Below, in pieces: positions 47,260-60,480 of a DNA stretch of 64,000 nucleotides. The notes beneath the pieces are model-generated. The model was not told the DNA's origin, did not search any database, and was given only the letters and a program-made list of their open reading frames with translations. The translations under genes were made by a program, and so were the position numbers. Position 1 is the stretch's first letter, and each line of letters starts with the position of its first letter. Source of the DNA: Psilocybe cubensis (lineage: Eukaryota); the NCBI GenBank assembly GCA_017499595.2, contig CM039007.1:2790001-2854000 (forward strand). Reading direction: 5' to 3'.

Positions 47260-50197
47260 ATGGTACGTCGCTACATTTCCAACTGGCTCTACACTCTCTG
47301 ACAGTCAACATGGCCCATGATGGCCAAATTCGCATTCAAAAAGGATTCGATGTCCACCAAGGTGCGTGCACGTTGCAGCGGAAACGCGACTGCTCTTTTT
47401 TCAAAAGTTTCTGAAATGCTTCCTGTGCAGTTTTATTTGGGGCCGTCCCCGAAGGCGTGGGGTATGCCTGTCGACATGCAAGCCAGCGAACCAGACGACG
47501 TACTTCATAATCCGGACCCAGTTCGGGACCTCAAGGTCGATAGGGGTGGTCGAATACTGACGGCGCGTGGATTGGAAAATCTGGGATGCTTGTTTATTCT
47601 ATGCGCTGGAATGTTAACGTTGTTGTACGTTTCTCCCTCTCGGCTCTTCATCGCGTTGTCCTCACGAATATCGAACACACTTTGCCATGGCCAATCAGCG
47701 CGGGTAAGTGCATGACCATATTGTTTCCTTATTTTAGTCTACAAGGCAAAGATTTGAACGCGCGAATAGGATATCCCATCATCATGCATTTCAAAGGGAC
47801 GATACAAACCACCCAGGGCGGGTTCAACCTCGGTGGTACGAACGCGTCTGGTCAAGTACCCATCATGTCCGGCAACTACCAGCTCATCGACCGCGACACC
47901 CCCAAGGACGCGTATACCCGCAAATCTTTTGATTCAGGAGAGGAATGGGCCCTCGTGTTCTCTGACGAATTTAACACGGATGGTAGAACGTTTTATCCGG
48001 GAGACGATCCGTGGTGGGAGGCTGTTGACTTGCATTATTGGGGAACGGTAAGCATCTGTTCGTTCGATTTAATTTTCTTAATGGGGGTTTTGATGTTTGT
48101 CCATGTACCGCATTTAGAACGATCTGGAGTGGTATGATCCTGCCCAAGGCAAATCGTTTTTGTGGACTTTTCTATCTTTCTTGAGCTGACGATAACACAG
48201 TGACGACTCAAAACGGCGCATTGCGAATTAAGATAGACAGGGTTGACCCCATCAACAATCATAATCTTACCTATCGGTCTGGAATGGTAAGCGTAACCAT
48301 AACCATATTTTTTTGGTTCTTTAATTGATTAAAAATTTATGTAGCTCCAGTCATGGTGTGTATATAATCCTATCTGCGCAATCTCGACTTATTTTGGTCT
48401 TAGGAACAAGTTTTGCTTCACAGGTGGTCTAATTGAAAGTAAGTCTAGGGAGATTTCTTTTGAAGATGAACGTTCTCTGAGGTCTAATCGTCGCTGCTGT
48501 AGCTGCTGTTACTCTTCCTGGATCAAACTCCGTTAGGTGTGTCTCGGATCTTCGTCATTTATTCTCGTGCTTACCAGACACATAGTGGGCTATGGCCAGC
48601 TGTGTAAGTCATAGTAAAGCGCTAAGCTTGGTTTAAGCAATGATGCTAATTTGCTATAGGTGGACGATGGGGAATCTGGGTTTGACAGATCGTCAAGTGT
48701 ACAACAACTGATACTGATATCATTCTTTCTATAGGGCGTGCTGGATACGGTGCGAGTTTAGACGGCATGGTGCGTACCATTAAAGAACGTTTTGTATACC
48801 TGAGTTGACTTTTCGGCTTCGCAGTGGCCATACTCGTATGACTCCTGCGACGTCGGAACCCTACCGAATCAGACATACCCCGGCACACGAACTCCAGCAG
48901 CTGCTGTACAGAACGGAGATCCTACCCAGAATGGTGTATTGGTAAGGCGCTTCCTCGACAAATCCTGCTATAAATAGACTCCTTATTGTCATACATGCTT
49001 CAGTCATTTTTGCCTGGGCAACGTCTTTGTGAGAAGCGAGAGATATTCTAGCTAGTCTGGATTCTCTGACGTTTAATCTTTCTCAGCTGCGTGTACTTGT
49101 CCTGGGGAATCACATCCGGGTCCTATGAGAACGGATGGAAGCTATGTAGGGAGATCGGCGCCCGAAATTGATATACTTGAAGCGACGGTAGACGCTGAAG
49201 GAGGGAAGGTATGCAATATATCACTGCAGCGTTTCCTAGTAAACTCCGCTGACATCCGCATGTCAGGTTTCGTTATCAGCGCAATGGGCACCTTATAATG
49301 TAATTTCTTCCAGTGCCGCACTATACAACTGAATAAGTGTCGGAGTTACTGATCTCATTCTATTCGCTAGGCGGCCTACAATTGGAAGAACACAAGTGAT
49401 AATTTACAGATTTATGACCCCACAAAAACTGTTCTCAACTCATACAAGGGCGGTGCGTAACACTGGGCTATCAAATTTTGATCATACTAATCAGAGGAGA
49501 TAAATCGCTCAGGGGTCTATCAACAAACGACTAGTGGCCTCGCACTCGCAAATCAAGATTGTTATGAATTGCAAACACAATGCTTCTCTGTTTATGGCTT
49601 CGAGTACAAGCCTGGGTAAGTCGAACTGCGCACTCTGAGACACCTCTCTGGAACACACTTGTATTCTTATAGCTTTGACCATTCATACATAACCTGGATC
49701 AATGACGGGAAACCAGCGTGGACGCTTCGAGCAGCCGGGATGAGCGCAGATGCTCAAACAGAGATTAATGCTAGACCAGTTCCACAGGAACCCATGGTTC
49801 GTTCGAACCTTCTATTCCACCGACGTTCACAGCTAATCATATTTTAGTACATCATTGCGAACCTCGGTTTTTCTACCAACTTTGCTCACCTGGATCTTGA
49901 CCTGCTAGCGTTCCCGGCGACTATGAGCATTGACTATGTTCGTGTGTACCAGCCAAAGGACTCATTAAACATCGGTTGCGATCCACCAGACTTTCCGACT
50001 GCTCAGTACATAAGCACGTATGTTCCTGTCCCTCGTGTCGCTATGTCATTTATAAATAACACTGCGTCATTTATTTTTAAACACTGTGGTTTATTTATAG
50101 GTACACTGATGTATATGCCAACTGGAACCTATCCACATGGTCGAGTGCAGGCCAGCCATGGCCTAAAAACCGCCAAATGAAAGGAGGATCCTGCTAA
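47260..50197 (+). CDS. KRE6/SKN1-family beta-glucan synthesis protein (GH16)
   Basis: EPDDVLHNPDP, LVFSDEFNTDGRTFYPGDDPWWEAVDLHYWGT, GRSAPEIDILEA, RPVPQEPMYIIANLG, MSIDYVRVYQ. Confidence 0.92.
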
Positions 50198-50607
50198 TAC
50201 TTACAACATTTCATGTTTTCTTTTAATGTCACCCTTCTACCTATCTCAGTACGGCATGGATACACCATCGACAGTTTCATTCTTAGTAGTCGGTATGCAT
50301 CCATGCTTCGTAATTCACTTACTTCTTTGACCAAGAATAGATTTGAATGGGCATGTATTACTACTTCTCGCATCATTTAACACATCCATCTCAATTATAT
50401 ATAACCTTTCACACTCACGGTTCGGGTTCCATGTTCATTGGGAATTTTCTGACAGCGGTGACTGGTAACCGAAAATGTCCCTCATTTTCTGCCTATAAAA
50501 TCAAGTAAAGTTAGAGAGTAGCCCCCCAAGATTTACTCTTCACTTAATCCCCAAACACTCAAAAAACCTCAGACCTCAGTCTCAACGTATCTACTTAGAA
50601 TCCCAAA

Positions 50608-51124
50608 ATGCGTGCCTTCTCACTTGCTCTTGTCTTCTCCATGACCGCTCTCGCCCTTGCGCAAGGAAGTTCATCCTCTTCTGCCGCAACCCAGAGCCCC
50701 AGCGTCTCTATTCAAAGCCATATCACACCCAGTGGTGTACCAAAGTAGGCGTTGGTCGTCTCCCTTTGTGTGCAAGGTGATTGACAACATTGTATAATCT
50801 AGGACCGCGTCGACCACCTCCAGCGCTCCCGCAAGCAGCTCGACCCCCGTTTCTGGCTCTGGTTCATCGTCGACGCCAGCAAGCACATCTGGAGGAAAGA
50901 GCTCCTCAGCTCCTGGCTCTGCATCAGGAACTGGATCTGGCAGTGCACCGGCGTCTACCCCCACCGCTCCATCTGGATCTGGCAACAGCACCGCGCCAGC
51001 CTCAACCTCTGGATCGAATTCCACTGCCGCACCCTCGGCCCCGGCCAGCGGTGCTTCCAGCTCATTCAACGTGGCAGGCGCAGCGTTGGTCGCGGTCCCA
51101 CTCGTTTTCCTTGGTATGCTCTGA
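50608..51124 (+). CDS. Small Ser/Thr-rich, probably GPI-anchored cell-surface protein
   Basis: Signal peptide MRAFSLALVFSMTALALA, S/T/A/P-rich body, hydrophobic tail SGASSSFNVAGAALVAVPLVFLGML*; one intron. Confidence 0.75.
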
Positions 51125-51715
51125 GGGGGTTTCGCTGCTTGTTTTTCTTTGACGTGGGTTTGATTGATCGGGTAAGTCGTTTGTCTCGTGTCAGTGTATA
51201 GACCGCTCTTGTGTCTAACCCCTCATTGACAGTATACCCCTGGAGTAGGTTGATAGACAGTTATGCTAGGTTCCATGCAGACTGTCGAATTCATTGTTCT
51301 GGATTCCAACCTACCTCAACCCGTTTTCGTAGCATATCCCTTGGACTCTCAGAGATTTACTCGTTAATTAGTAATAATATGGCTTTTGTCATCTATTGGA
51401 TCATTTCCCTGTGATACAAGGGTGTCTTCGTGGACAGTGAGCACTTGTCAGAATCACATCGTAAGGTTTATGTAGGTGCACAGGTTTAGATATAAAACAA
51501 AGTACGAAAAAAGCACAGAAACACAACAATATGTACAAAGAATAAGGCAAGTGTATATGGGACAGATGATTAATAGTACAATTCCATAAGGAACAAGAAA
51601 ATTATAATCCAGTTAAACTCCAAGGAAGATGATATGTGCAAACACAGCGGCGGTGAGCAATGTTCACGGAAGATATGCACCGTGTGGGACATTAATCATA
51701 ATATTAGTTGTCGTC

Positions 51716-54700
51716 TCATCTCCCGTTTTGGTCTTTCATGCCAAACAGCTAGAAAGGATAGGCTTTAGATGCCCGTGTCTAAATTCGTGCTGAGAGGCAG
51801 CGTTGAGACGTACGTATTTGATATCCTTGACACTCAATGCATGTAGTTTGATGCCAGACCCTTCCCCTAGAGCAGCTTCTGCCAGACCTATGTTGAAAAA
51901 AAGCAGAAAATATCAGTTTTTTCCGATAATATGAAACAAATGAGCTTGGGTACACACCTGTTTTAACCTCTTGAAGGCGTAACATACTGTGGGACGTCAA
52001 AACACGAGGACACATGCCAAAGGTCTAGAAAGAGAGGAGCGTACCGCTCTTCTATAGTATCTTCCACCACCAATCGCTTCACAAACACTTCTTTCTCTTG
52101 ACCAATACGGTGACAACGATCGTAAGCCTGGGCCTCAGAGGCATAATTCCAAGAAAGATCCATGCTGAATAGAAAGCAGTATGATTAGTAGATGAAGGCA
52201 GTGTCCAGTGGAATCGACGCACTTGATGATACGGTTGGCAGATACAAGATTCAATCTATCATACCATGATAAATGTCAGAAATCGTGGATCGTGAATAGT
52301 GGCAACGGACGTACCCGACGCTACCACATTTTGTGCTGTCATTTTTGCAAAGAAGAAAGGTTCAGCATAATTTAGTTACACAGATGATTTGATTTAACTG
52401 CGAACCTGATCAACATGACCTTGGGGCCGCCAGCCTGCTTAAACTTGGCAAGAACATTATCTCTAGACGCCCTGTCCATCCTTCCATCGAAACGCAGGCT
52501 TCTGATGCCATGTCGCGCAAACAGCGTCTCAATGAGATCAAGCATCGAGGTCCCTATGATCACCCAACATCAATCACAGCAACACGGCACAGCAAACCAG
52601 CGGTGTTTGAAAGGAGTGGGGACAACTCACACTGCGAATAGCAAATCGTTTTATCGCCACTATGCTCCCACTCTTTCAGATATTCAATCATCTTCAACAT
52701 CTTTGCACTAGGCTCAAGATCATCGTCACCACGTCTCCATGTTGCCACAACGGCGTCGGAAGGAATGTCATTCTTCCCACCCGTATTAGAGGCGCGGGCC
52801 TTGCCTTTACCTTTCTTATTACTGTTTTCAGGTGCTGGTGAGGATTTGGTGCAGTCCCCAAAACGGTTCTTGTGCCGCTTTCCTGGCGAGCTGCCCTCTT
52901 CTTTTACGTCAATATCCGAATCGTCGCTCTTTCTCTTCAACGACGAGGTGGAAGGTTTGCGATCAAGCATCTCGATATCATCCTGCGATATTATCAATCA
53001 TCAAGATGCACAAAAAGAAAAGAAAAAGAACGTGAACGTGAAAACGATTACATACATCAGATTCTGGCTCCTTCTTAGCCTTCCCTTTCTTCCAGTTGGA
53101 TTTGAGGATATCCCCGACCTCGGGAAGATCGTCAGAATCTGAGTCTGAAAGAACGTCAGGGATGTTATATCTCGTCAGCGGCTCGCGCTTCTTTTTCTTC
53201 TGCATCCTCTTGTCCTTTTCCTGTCTTTTATGTTCCGCGATATCGTCCTCGGTTGGTTCGAACGCAGCAGACTTGAAAACTTTGTCGGCGGACGTTAGGT
53301 CGACCATCTTCCGACACGTCGGGCCTGTGAGGTAGAATTTAGAAATGCAAAGGTTGGTACAATGTATTTGAGCATAGCGACTCACAAGGACGGTAGCCTT
53401 TCGCAACGGCAGCCTCGTATTCCTTCTCAGCAGCAATATTTTCTTTCTCGTCGCCTTGTCCACTGTATGACAGTCAGTTCATCTGCATCTTATAACTTCT
53501 TCAAAAGTCGGTCGTACAAAATTCCGTTGTGCCCAATGGCAGAATTGCTGAGGTCGAGAGTGCAGTCTGTAACACAGCCTGTAAGATCACTTGCACACGG
53601 ATATTTGCCAGTCTCATTTACCAAAACAAATCTCATGTCCACAAGTCAAGACGCGACCACTGTCCCCAAGAAGCACTGTGCACGACGACTGGCATCAACA
53701 CTCATTCACCGTGTACGAGAAGGGTGTCGACACTCACTGTCACTGCAGTTGGGGCAAATGGCTTCGCCTTCCTCGCCTTCATCCTCAACTTCAAGTTTCG
53801 CGGCTGATATGGCGCGGAGCAAAAATCTATGAACACAACGATCAGAGAAAACGCTATACCATACTACACGAGTGGAGATGATAATCTTACTTCTTTTTGA
53901 TCTACAGTGCAGAGAAAGATTGGAAATAGGGATAAGTAATCAGTTGGCTTGTACCCGAAGATAGACAATGAAAGGGACAGTGCTTACTTCGTTAACCCAA
54001 GCGACGCCCATAATCTTCTTCGCACGGCTGAGCTCCTTCTCGGCCTGGGTGCCCACCATGACTGTAGGGTCTTCAAACTCATCCGATAAGGACTGTACAC
54101 ACGTTATATCATTAAGGTCACCAATTGATACACAAAGATACACACCAGCACGAGATGCGGATGGCAGCATATTTGGCGTAATCGGAGAATAAGAACCTGG
54201 TGATTTCAGTATAAGCGTTGGTCGGCGAGAAAAGTATTGAGCTGTAATCGTACCAACACGAACGCATGACTAGTATGAACAGGTTAGAAAAAAATGACAT
54301 ATGATTTCCAGGTAAGACCCACTTCTTCATGAGCGTTCCCCTCTCGATGAATTTGTTCACTTGTACCTTCGTCCGCGATTCGAATGCATTGTAAACCTTA
54401 GGTAGAATAAGTTAATTGTTCAGATCTAAAGCGCAAATTCGGACCTGTCTCTCATCAAGGGAGAATTGCAATCGAACAATTTCAATATGTTTGTTGGGGA
54501 GCTGAAGGAGCGGTTGGCCTTCCAGCTTCGAGTCCTTGGTACGCCGAAGCAATATCGGCTTAAGAATTGCCTGGGCTCTCGAACCTGTGATTTACGTTGA
54601 TTGAGCGAGCAACCTTCGGGGATGAATGAAAACGATCACCTGCCAAGAGCGCGTCCGTATATTGAACCCTGGCCTGAAATACCTGGGTTTGGGATGGAGA

Positions 54701-56202
54701 ATGCTAAAGGGAGGCAGGGGCGGACATACCACATGTTCATTGAAGTCGTTCCAGTCGTTCCAGGGGCGGAAGCGTCCAAAGCGAAGCAAACCATAGATAT
54801 CCGCCCTGAACCTGCATGAATGATACCGGAAACTTTGAAAAGTGAAATACTTACAGAGTGTTAGTAACTGGAGTTCCGGTGAGCAACCACCGGTATTTGG
54901 CTCTGACATGGGCTAAACTGATGCTCGAGCGCGTCGCCCGATTCCTGATAAATTGAGCTTCATCTGCGATGACGCGGTAAAACTTGACTTTCGAAAGTAA
55001 GCCTCTAAAAAGGGGTCAGCATAGATCACTGAAAATTATGAGCGACCTACCCTTTCTGCTGCAGCCATTCTTCCTCTTCTTCGGGGGGCGTGCCTTTTGG
55101 AATATTAAAATCCCCACAAAGGGTCTGGTAGGACGTGACGACGACGCTCTTGGACTTGAGCTGAGCCAGCGTCTTGAGTTTATCCTTGCCATGGTGCACG
55201 TGCACCTCAAAGATCCCGTTGGTTTTACTGTCAATTTCGTCCTTCCATTGTTGCAGCAGCGCAGCGGGTACAACGATCAGCGTCGTCTTGACGTCTTCGT
55301 TGTACGCCGGCATGTTGATAGTCATTGTCGCTATCATCTGCACAGTCTTCCCTGATGAACAAAGCTCAAAACATGGAATGGATAGCTCAAAAATTACACT
55401 TGCCGAGGCCCATGTCGTCGCTGTGACCAATTTGGTCAGTCGGACCCGAAAGAGGAGAGTGATGGGACTCACGCGAGAATTCCGCCTTTGTTTGTCCCAC
55501 GTTCCTGTTCAAGCATCCTGCACACAATGAGATACCAGATAATTGGAACAATGGGTAAATAACTTACCACGCCACTCCTATCGCCTGATGACCGAGGAGG
55601 CGAACCTCGAGACCAGGAATTAAATCGCGCTTGCTGCATAGATGGTCAGCGTATTCACTAGATCAGCATGTAGCCACGCACTCTTTGAGACCAAGCTTCT
55701 TCATCGCATCTTTCACTGTGACATTGCTGGTGTTCTCGATGGCCTTGGTCACGAATTCTGCGATTCTGCAAAAGACTTAGCATCAGCGTATTTCGTCAAA
55801 GGATGGTCTTACTTTTGCTGCTGGTCAGGTCCTCCAACGTCGATAGGTCGTATCGGCGTCTCTTGATCGTAATTAAGATGAAAAGTGCTACGACTGGCCC
55901 CTGCCCGAGCTGGAGAAGAAAGGGCACTCGCAAGGAAGCTTGTATGGTTATCTGACCAGAGTTACGATATTGTCGCGGTTAGATGAATCTTTTCTCGTAC
56001 CTGCATTCGTTTTGGTGACTTTCTGCTCTTTTTGGGCGTTCCTTAACGCATCGAGCGCTGCCGCTTTCGAACTTCCTTCTTCAAATTTGGGTGTCTGCAA
56101 AAGGTTTCTCTGGAAAGAAGAAGGCACTCCATCAGATTCCATCAAAGTCCTGTCGAGAGCCTCTAGTAGTCGCGACTTCTTCTTTGGCGTATGTGGATTC
56201 AT
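51716..56202 (-). CDS. SNF2-family helicase with RING finger (Rad5/Rad16/Uls1-like)
   Basis: DDMGLGKTVQMI, TLIVVPAALLQQW, VIADEAQFIRNR, C-x2-C..CGH..C RING-like segment, MDLSWNYASEAQAYDRCHRIGQ. Confidence 0.9.
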
Positions 56203-56301
56203 AGTCAAGAAAATATGACTGTAAATGGTTGAAAGTAAACCACCAGGCAAAGCGCGGCTCATTTAATTAAAATATCGTGGGAATAACATATTATGTAATT
56301 G

Positions 56302-56307
56302 ACGCGT
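56302..56307. promoter_or_regulatory. MCB-like ACGCGT upstream of the SNF2-RING gene
   Basis: About 100 bp upstream of the ATG at 56202; function inferred. Confidence 0.3.
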
Positions 56308-56341
56308 GACCGCGATGCAATTGACGCCTTCAGGGGGTTAA

Positions 56342-57005
56342 CACTGCGGGCGCCGACCGCTGTAAGTTAAACATACAGCAGAAAACTTACATGTCTTATG
56401 TAAGTTTCGCTGTAAGTTCAACATACAGCACACGTGTATGAAAAACAAACACTCGACAGACATATTGTGTTTGGTGGCTGTATGCCGACCAAACACAATT
56501 GCTGTAAGTAGACTGTAAATAGAATAAACACCTAAATTACACAAATTGTGTTTGTCCGGTGTTAGTAAAACATACACATTTTCTGTAAATGACACAAACA
56601 GCACTTTCTGTAAGTAAAATTTACACACAAAGAACACTATTTGTGTATGTCAGACTTGCACCATTAAATGAATTGAAAAACTTGTGTAAGTATAACATAC
56701 ACAAATTGTTTTCTTTGTGTGTAATTTTTACTTACAGTAAGTGCTGTTTGTATTACTTACAGAAAATGTGTATGGTTTACTAACACCGGACAAACACAAT
56801 TTGTGTAATTTAGGTGTTTATTCTATTTACAGGCTACTTACAGCAATTGTGTTTGGTGGCTGTATGCCCACCAAACACAATATGTCTTTGTTAAATTTTT
56901 GTTTTCCCGACACATATGCTGTAAGTTGAACATACACCTAAACTTACATAAGACATGTAAGTTTACTGCTGTATGTTTAACCTACAGCAGTCGGCGCCCG
57001 CAGTG
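56342..57005. mobile_element. 664-bp CACTG MITE, copy 2 (opposite orientation to copy 1), TSD TAA
   Basis: Same length and apparently same sequence as the reverse complement of 21870-22533. TAA at 56339-56341 and 57006-57008. Confidence 0.93.
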
Positions 57006-57396
57006 TAAGGGTAGTCTCTCCTAGACAGACTTCGATATGATGTGACATATTCACGATCAGGTTAAGGGTGTCTCTGGGAGACTGATTTATCAAACTTCAA
57101 ATCGAATGTTAAACGGAGCTGATTTACGATACTTCAGTATATTCTGAGATGAGATAGAGAATAAGATAAAGGGTGTATCTAAAGAGTTCGGTGTTTTCAT
57201 CAATTAATATAAAAGGGCCTAGTAACGCGTTTGGGCTACCCTGCGCTTTAGCAATTTGAAAGAACCTGAAACTTTCATTTCCATAATAATTCTCGACTGT
57301 CTTTATTAGGGACCAATCAGAGCAACTTCCCTAATTATTGACCATACAACTATGATTGTATTTGATTTAAAATATATAACTATCATAACCATTTTC

Positions 57397-57840
57397 TTAG
57401 ACGGTTTTATTGCAGCTGAAGGAGTCGACATCAATATAGAGCGAGGGGTTAGGAAGGGATATAATGTCTCCAGACCGGGGGTATCCAGGATCTTTACAAC
57501 CTTGGAATCTGAGAATAAGATTATTATCCAATGTCCAGTTAAAGGGGTGAATGTACGTGAAGAAGTGCAAACTGAATCCTGATACAATCTCAACACTCTC
57601 GGCTCTCTCAAGCCAGTATCCAGGACTGAGTGTGCTGCAGACTGACTAAACAAGGCCGTCGGGGTAATATTCTGAACGTCTCTTAACACGCTGCGAGGTT
57701 GTTCTAAAAGAATGACTTTTAATGAAAACCCTTTGAAGATCGTGGTATCAACATACACGAGCAATGTCGGTCGAGCGTACAACAGCGACCGTTGAATCGA
57801 TGACCAAAAAGAGGCTGGTATATTTGGCGGCCAAATGCAT
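57397..57840 (-). pseudogene. Beta/gamma-crystallin-like secreted protein, copy 4, pseudogene
   Basis: Same exon layout, but exon 2 has a deletion giving NNLAAC* and a further TAG in the canonical frame (PDGLV*). Confidence 0.75.
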
Positions 57841-58142
57841 TGTAACTTGACTTGTCGAGTTAGCTGAATTGCTAACTTGCTCAACCATTATAATTATGTC
57901 GAGGTTTGCTTCGAATCAAACTATAGTGTATTCTGCTCCTCGTGATTATGTATCCTTGACGTTAGTGAGCAAATGACCTGCAGCGACACAAGCCTCTAGA
58001 TCTAGGCCTAGAGCTTGCGCATAACTTTTTCCGAAGGTAGAATCAATTTGAATCATTTGGTTATTGAATGTACAGGTTCCACCACTACGCTACTGGCTGT
58101 CATCCATCCCATTACATGTTCGCTTCATAATAGGAAGCAACA

Positions 58143-58624
58143 TCAGATAGCCTTGTTGCAGCTGAACGACTCAACATTGTTATACAACTCTGGGTCGGGC
58201 AGCGTATCTACGATGCCAGACAGCGTGATCCCAGTGCCATCGCATCCTTGGAATCTAAAACATTGCTCAACCATGGGTATAATTAAGAGATATGTCTCTA
58301 CAGGAGATTACGCACTGGAAGAAGGTGCAGCTGAATCCAGTGGCGATATCCACGCTCTCGGCTCTGTCGAGCCAATCGGGTGGCAACGTGGTGCATACAG
58401 ATTGGAGGAGGCCGTCGGGGGCGTAGGCGGAGCCTGTCAGGCCAACATCGTCGAAGAAGATAATGGACAGTGCAGCGAGTTCATTCTGCATATCCACAGT
58501 TAGTACAATTTATACACGCAATTACGCCGTTGGACCTTACACGGGCGATGACGCTTCCGTGGGTGGCGATTACAGCCGAGGCAACGGCGACGAGGAGGGT
58601 GGAGAGTTTGGTGGTGAATTGCAT
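58143..58624 (-). CDS. Small secreted beta/gamma-crystallin-like protein, copy 5 (near-identical to copy 2)
   Basis: Same length and exons as 15644-16125; exon 2 peptide identical. Confidence 0.78.
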
Positions 58625-59479
58625 TGCGCTGTAGCTTGCTAACTTGTTGGTTTGACTTGCTGAGGAGGTATCTAAGCAGATGCACCCTCTTTATATCACT
58701 TCATGAATGGGCTAATTTCATAAAGTTAATAGAGAATCTGACAGTGCATGAAGCTCATCAAGTAGAAAATCTTACAAAGGTCAGCAATGCGGTAGGCCGA
58801 GTGAGCCACGGAGAAACTATGAAGGGTATGATCATGATTCAAAACATGGATCTGAGCAAGAAGGTGCCCCAATTCAATTGCATACAATAGTAAAGAACGC
58901 AATTGTCCACAAAGTATACATCTTAGGAACAATGGATAAGCAAGCATCGTTTTGGATGCAGGCTGTAAAAAAGAAAATATCACAGCTTCTGTTCTTCGTA
59001 CTATTCGTCCCATTTTGTGAAGCTTGTTGGTGGTCCATAATCGTGAATAACGCGTTTAAAATTGGATCTGAATATCAAGAGCTTATTTTGAGGTGGTACA
59101 CGAGCTGAAAATGAGCCACGAGTGCACAAACCCTCGTCCACTAAGATAGGCTGTGATGTTAGGTGATGTTGTCAAGCATCAGTCGATCATGAAACGACCA
59201 CTTCTTCTCCCGATACATATGTCTTCCGCACAAACCTATATAATTCCTCCGACACTCCCTGATACCGCGGGGATCAAATGGTTCGCTCGAGTTTAGGGAC
59301 GTCTACTACCTTGGAGGTTGAATGAATCGTATTCAGTGCCTGTGTTTAAAATAATACCATTCATCGGTATAATAATTCAACCTAAATTGGTGTTAAGTAT
59401 ATTTATGTGAGGTCGTAGGTCAATTCAAACTAGAGGTCCCAAGTCACTTGCCCCATGTTGTGCTTTAAAAATAGTCCAC

Positions 59480-59560
59480 AAAGAAGAGACAGGCGCTCAG
59501 CGTCAGGCCTGATTGCCTTGACACCCAAGCCATGATGAACAATTCGACGATGTACAACAT
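59480..59560 (-). pseudogene. Remnant of a Cys-rich secreted protein gene 3' end
   Basis: GGCTTGGGTGTCAAGGCAATCAGG..GAGCGCCTGTCTCTT vs GGCCTGGGTGCCAAGTCATTTAGG..GAGCGCCTGTCTCTT in the intact gene. Confidence 0.45.
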
Positions 59561-60480
59561 TTGCACGGGAGGCCAGTTTCATAATAATTAGCAACAGAAT
59601 ACAATGAATGAACGGTGAGGAGTCCTTAGGAAGGTAGGATATAACGAACACATTATGTCAGTCCGCTAATCTAGGACCTTCTGTTAAAGCTAAGTAAGCT
59701 GGATACAGATCTTTGAATTCAAAAAGAGTCAATGACCAAGCCATAAAGCGTTACAATACAAATGTCAGTCGGCATCCCTGTTTGCTGATTCATGGAGTGC
59801 AGGATTCTCTACTTCAGATACATTGATGTATCGATGCTCCTGCATATCGAGTTATTTTTAGTTAGGGCTATCTTAGGATAGATGATATATTTGGCCCTTA
59901 GTGTGAGGACAGAGGATCACTCGATCATCAAGCCAGAATTAACGCCCTTCTTCCATAGGACTTCTCCCGAGTGACAAGCTGACGAATCGAAGATCAAACA
60001 GTTTTCGCGCATTTGAGGAAAAATTCGTAACTTCTTACGAATAGTAGTAATTTGAGGACAGTTCTTGGTCAAAAGAGGCTGGGTGGTAGTTGGCTCGTAG
60101 TATTATTACATCTAGATATGCGCGAAAAGATGCAAATGTTTTCACTTTCCGGCTGAAAAGCCATGGTTGTATACCACAACGAAAACATCGTTCCGAATTT
60201 GCTGACATGCGAATGGGACCTTGGAACATCCTAGGTCCTCCTGACCAAGATCAGATGTCTGACTGTGGCTTGTTAGAGCTTGAAGCTTGAAGGGTCTACT
60301 ATTGACCAGAACTCAGTAGTACTAGCAAGAGTAATGTTCGAATTATGTTCAAACAATAACGCCATTAAGTTGTTACAACAACACGATGACAATAACTCAT
60401 TCCTGGCTAATTAACTGATAACATAAATTAAAGTTCCCCATGAACGACGATAAAAAATCATACCATACTGTATAAAATCA

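Noticed and set aside
48240-48780. Clusters of micro-exons in KRE6 (also in Trk, 36300-37560)
   Set aside because: Common in basidiomycete genes.
21870-57005. Inversion of the 34-kb segment between the two opposite-orientation MITEs
   Set aside because: Each copy retains its own matching TSD (AAA/AAA, TAA/TAA); recombination between them would have mismatched the flanks.
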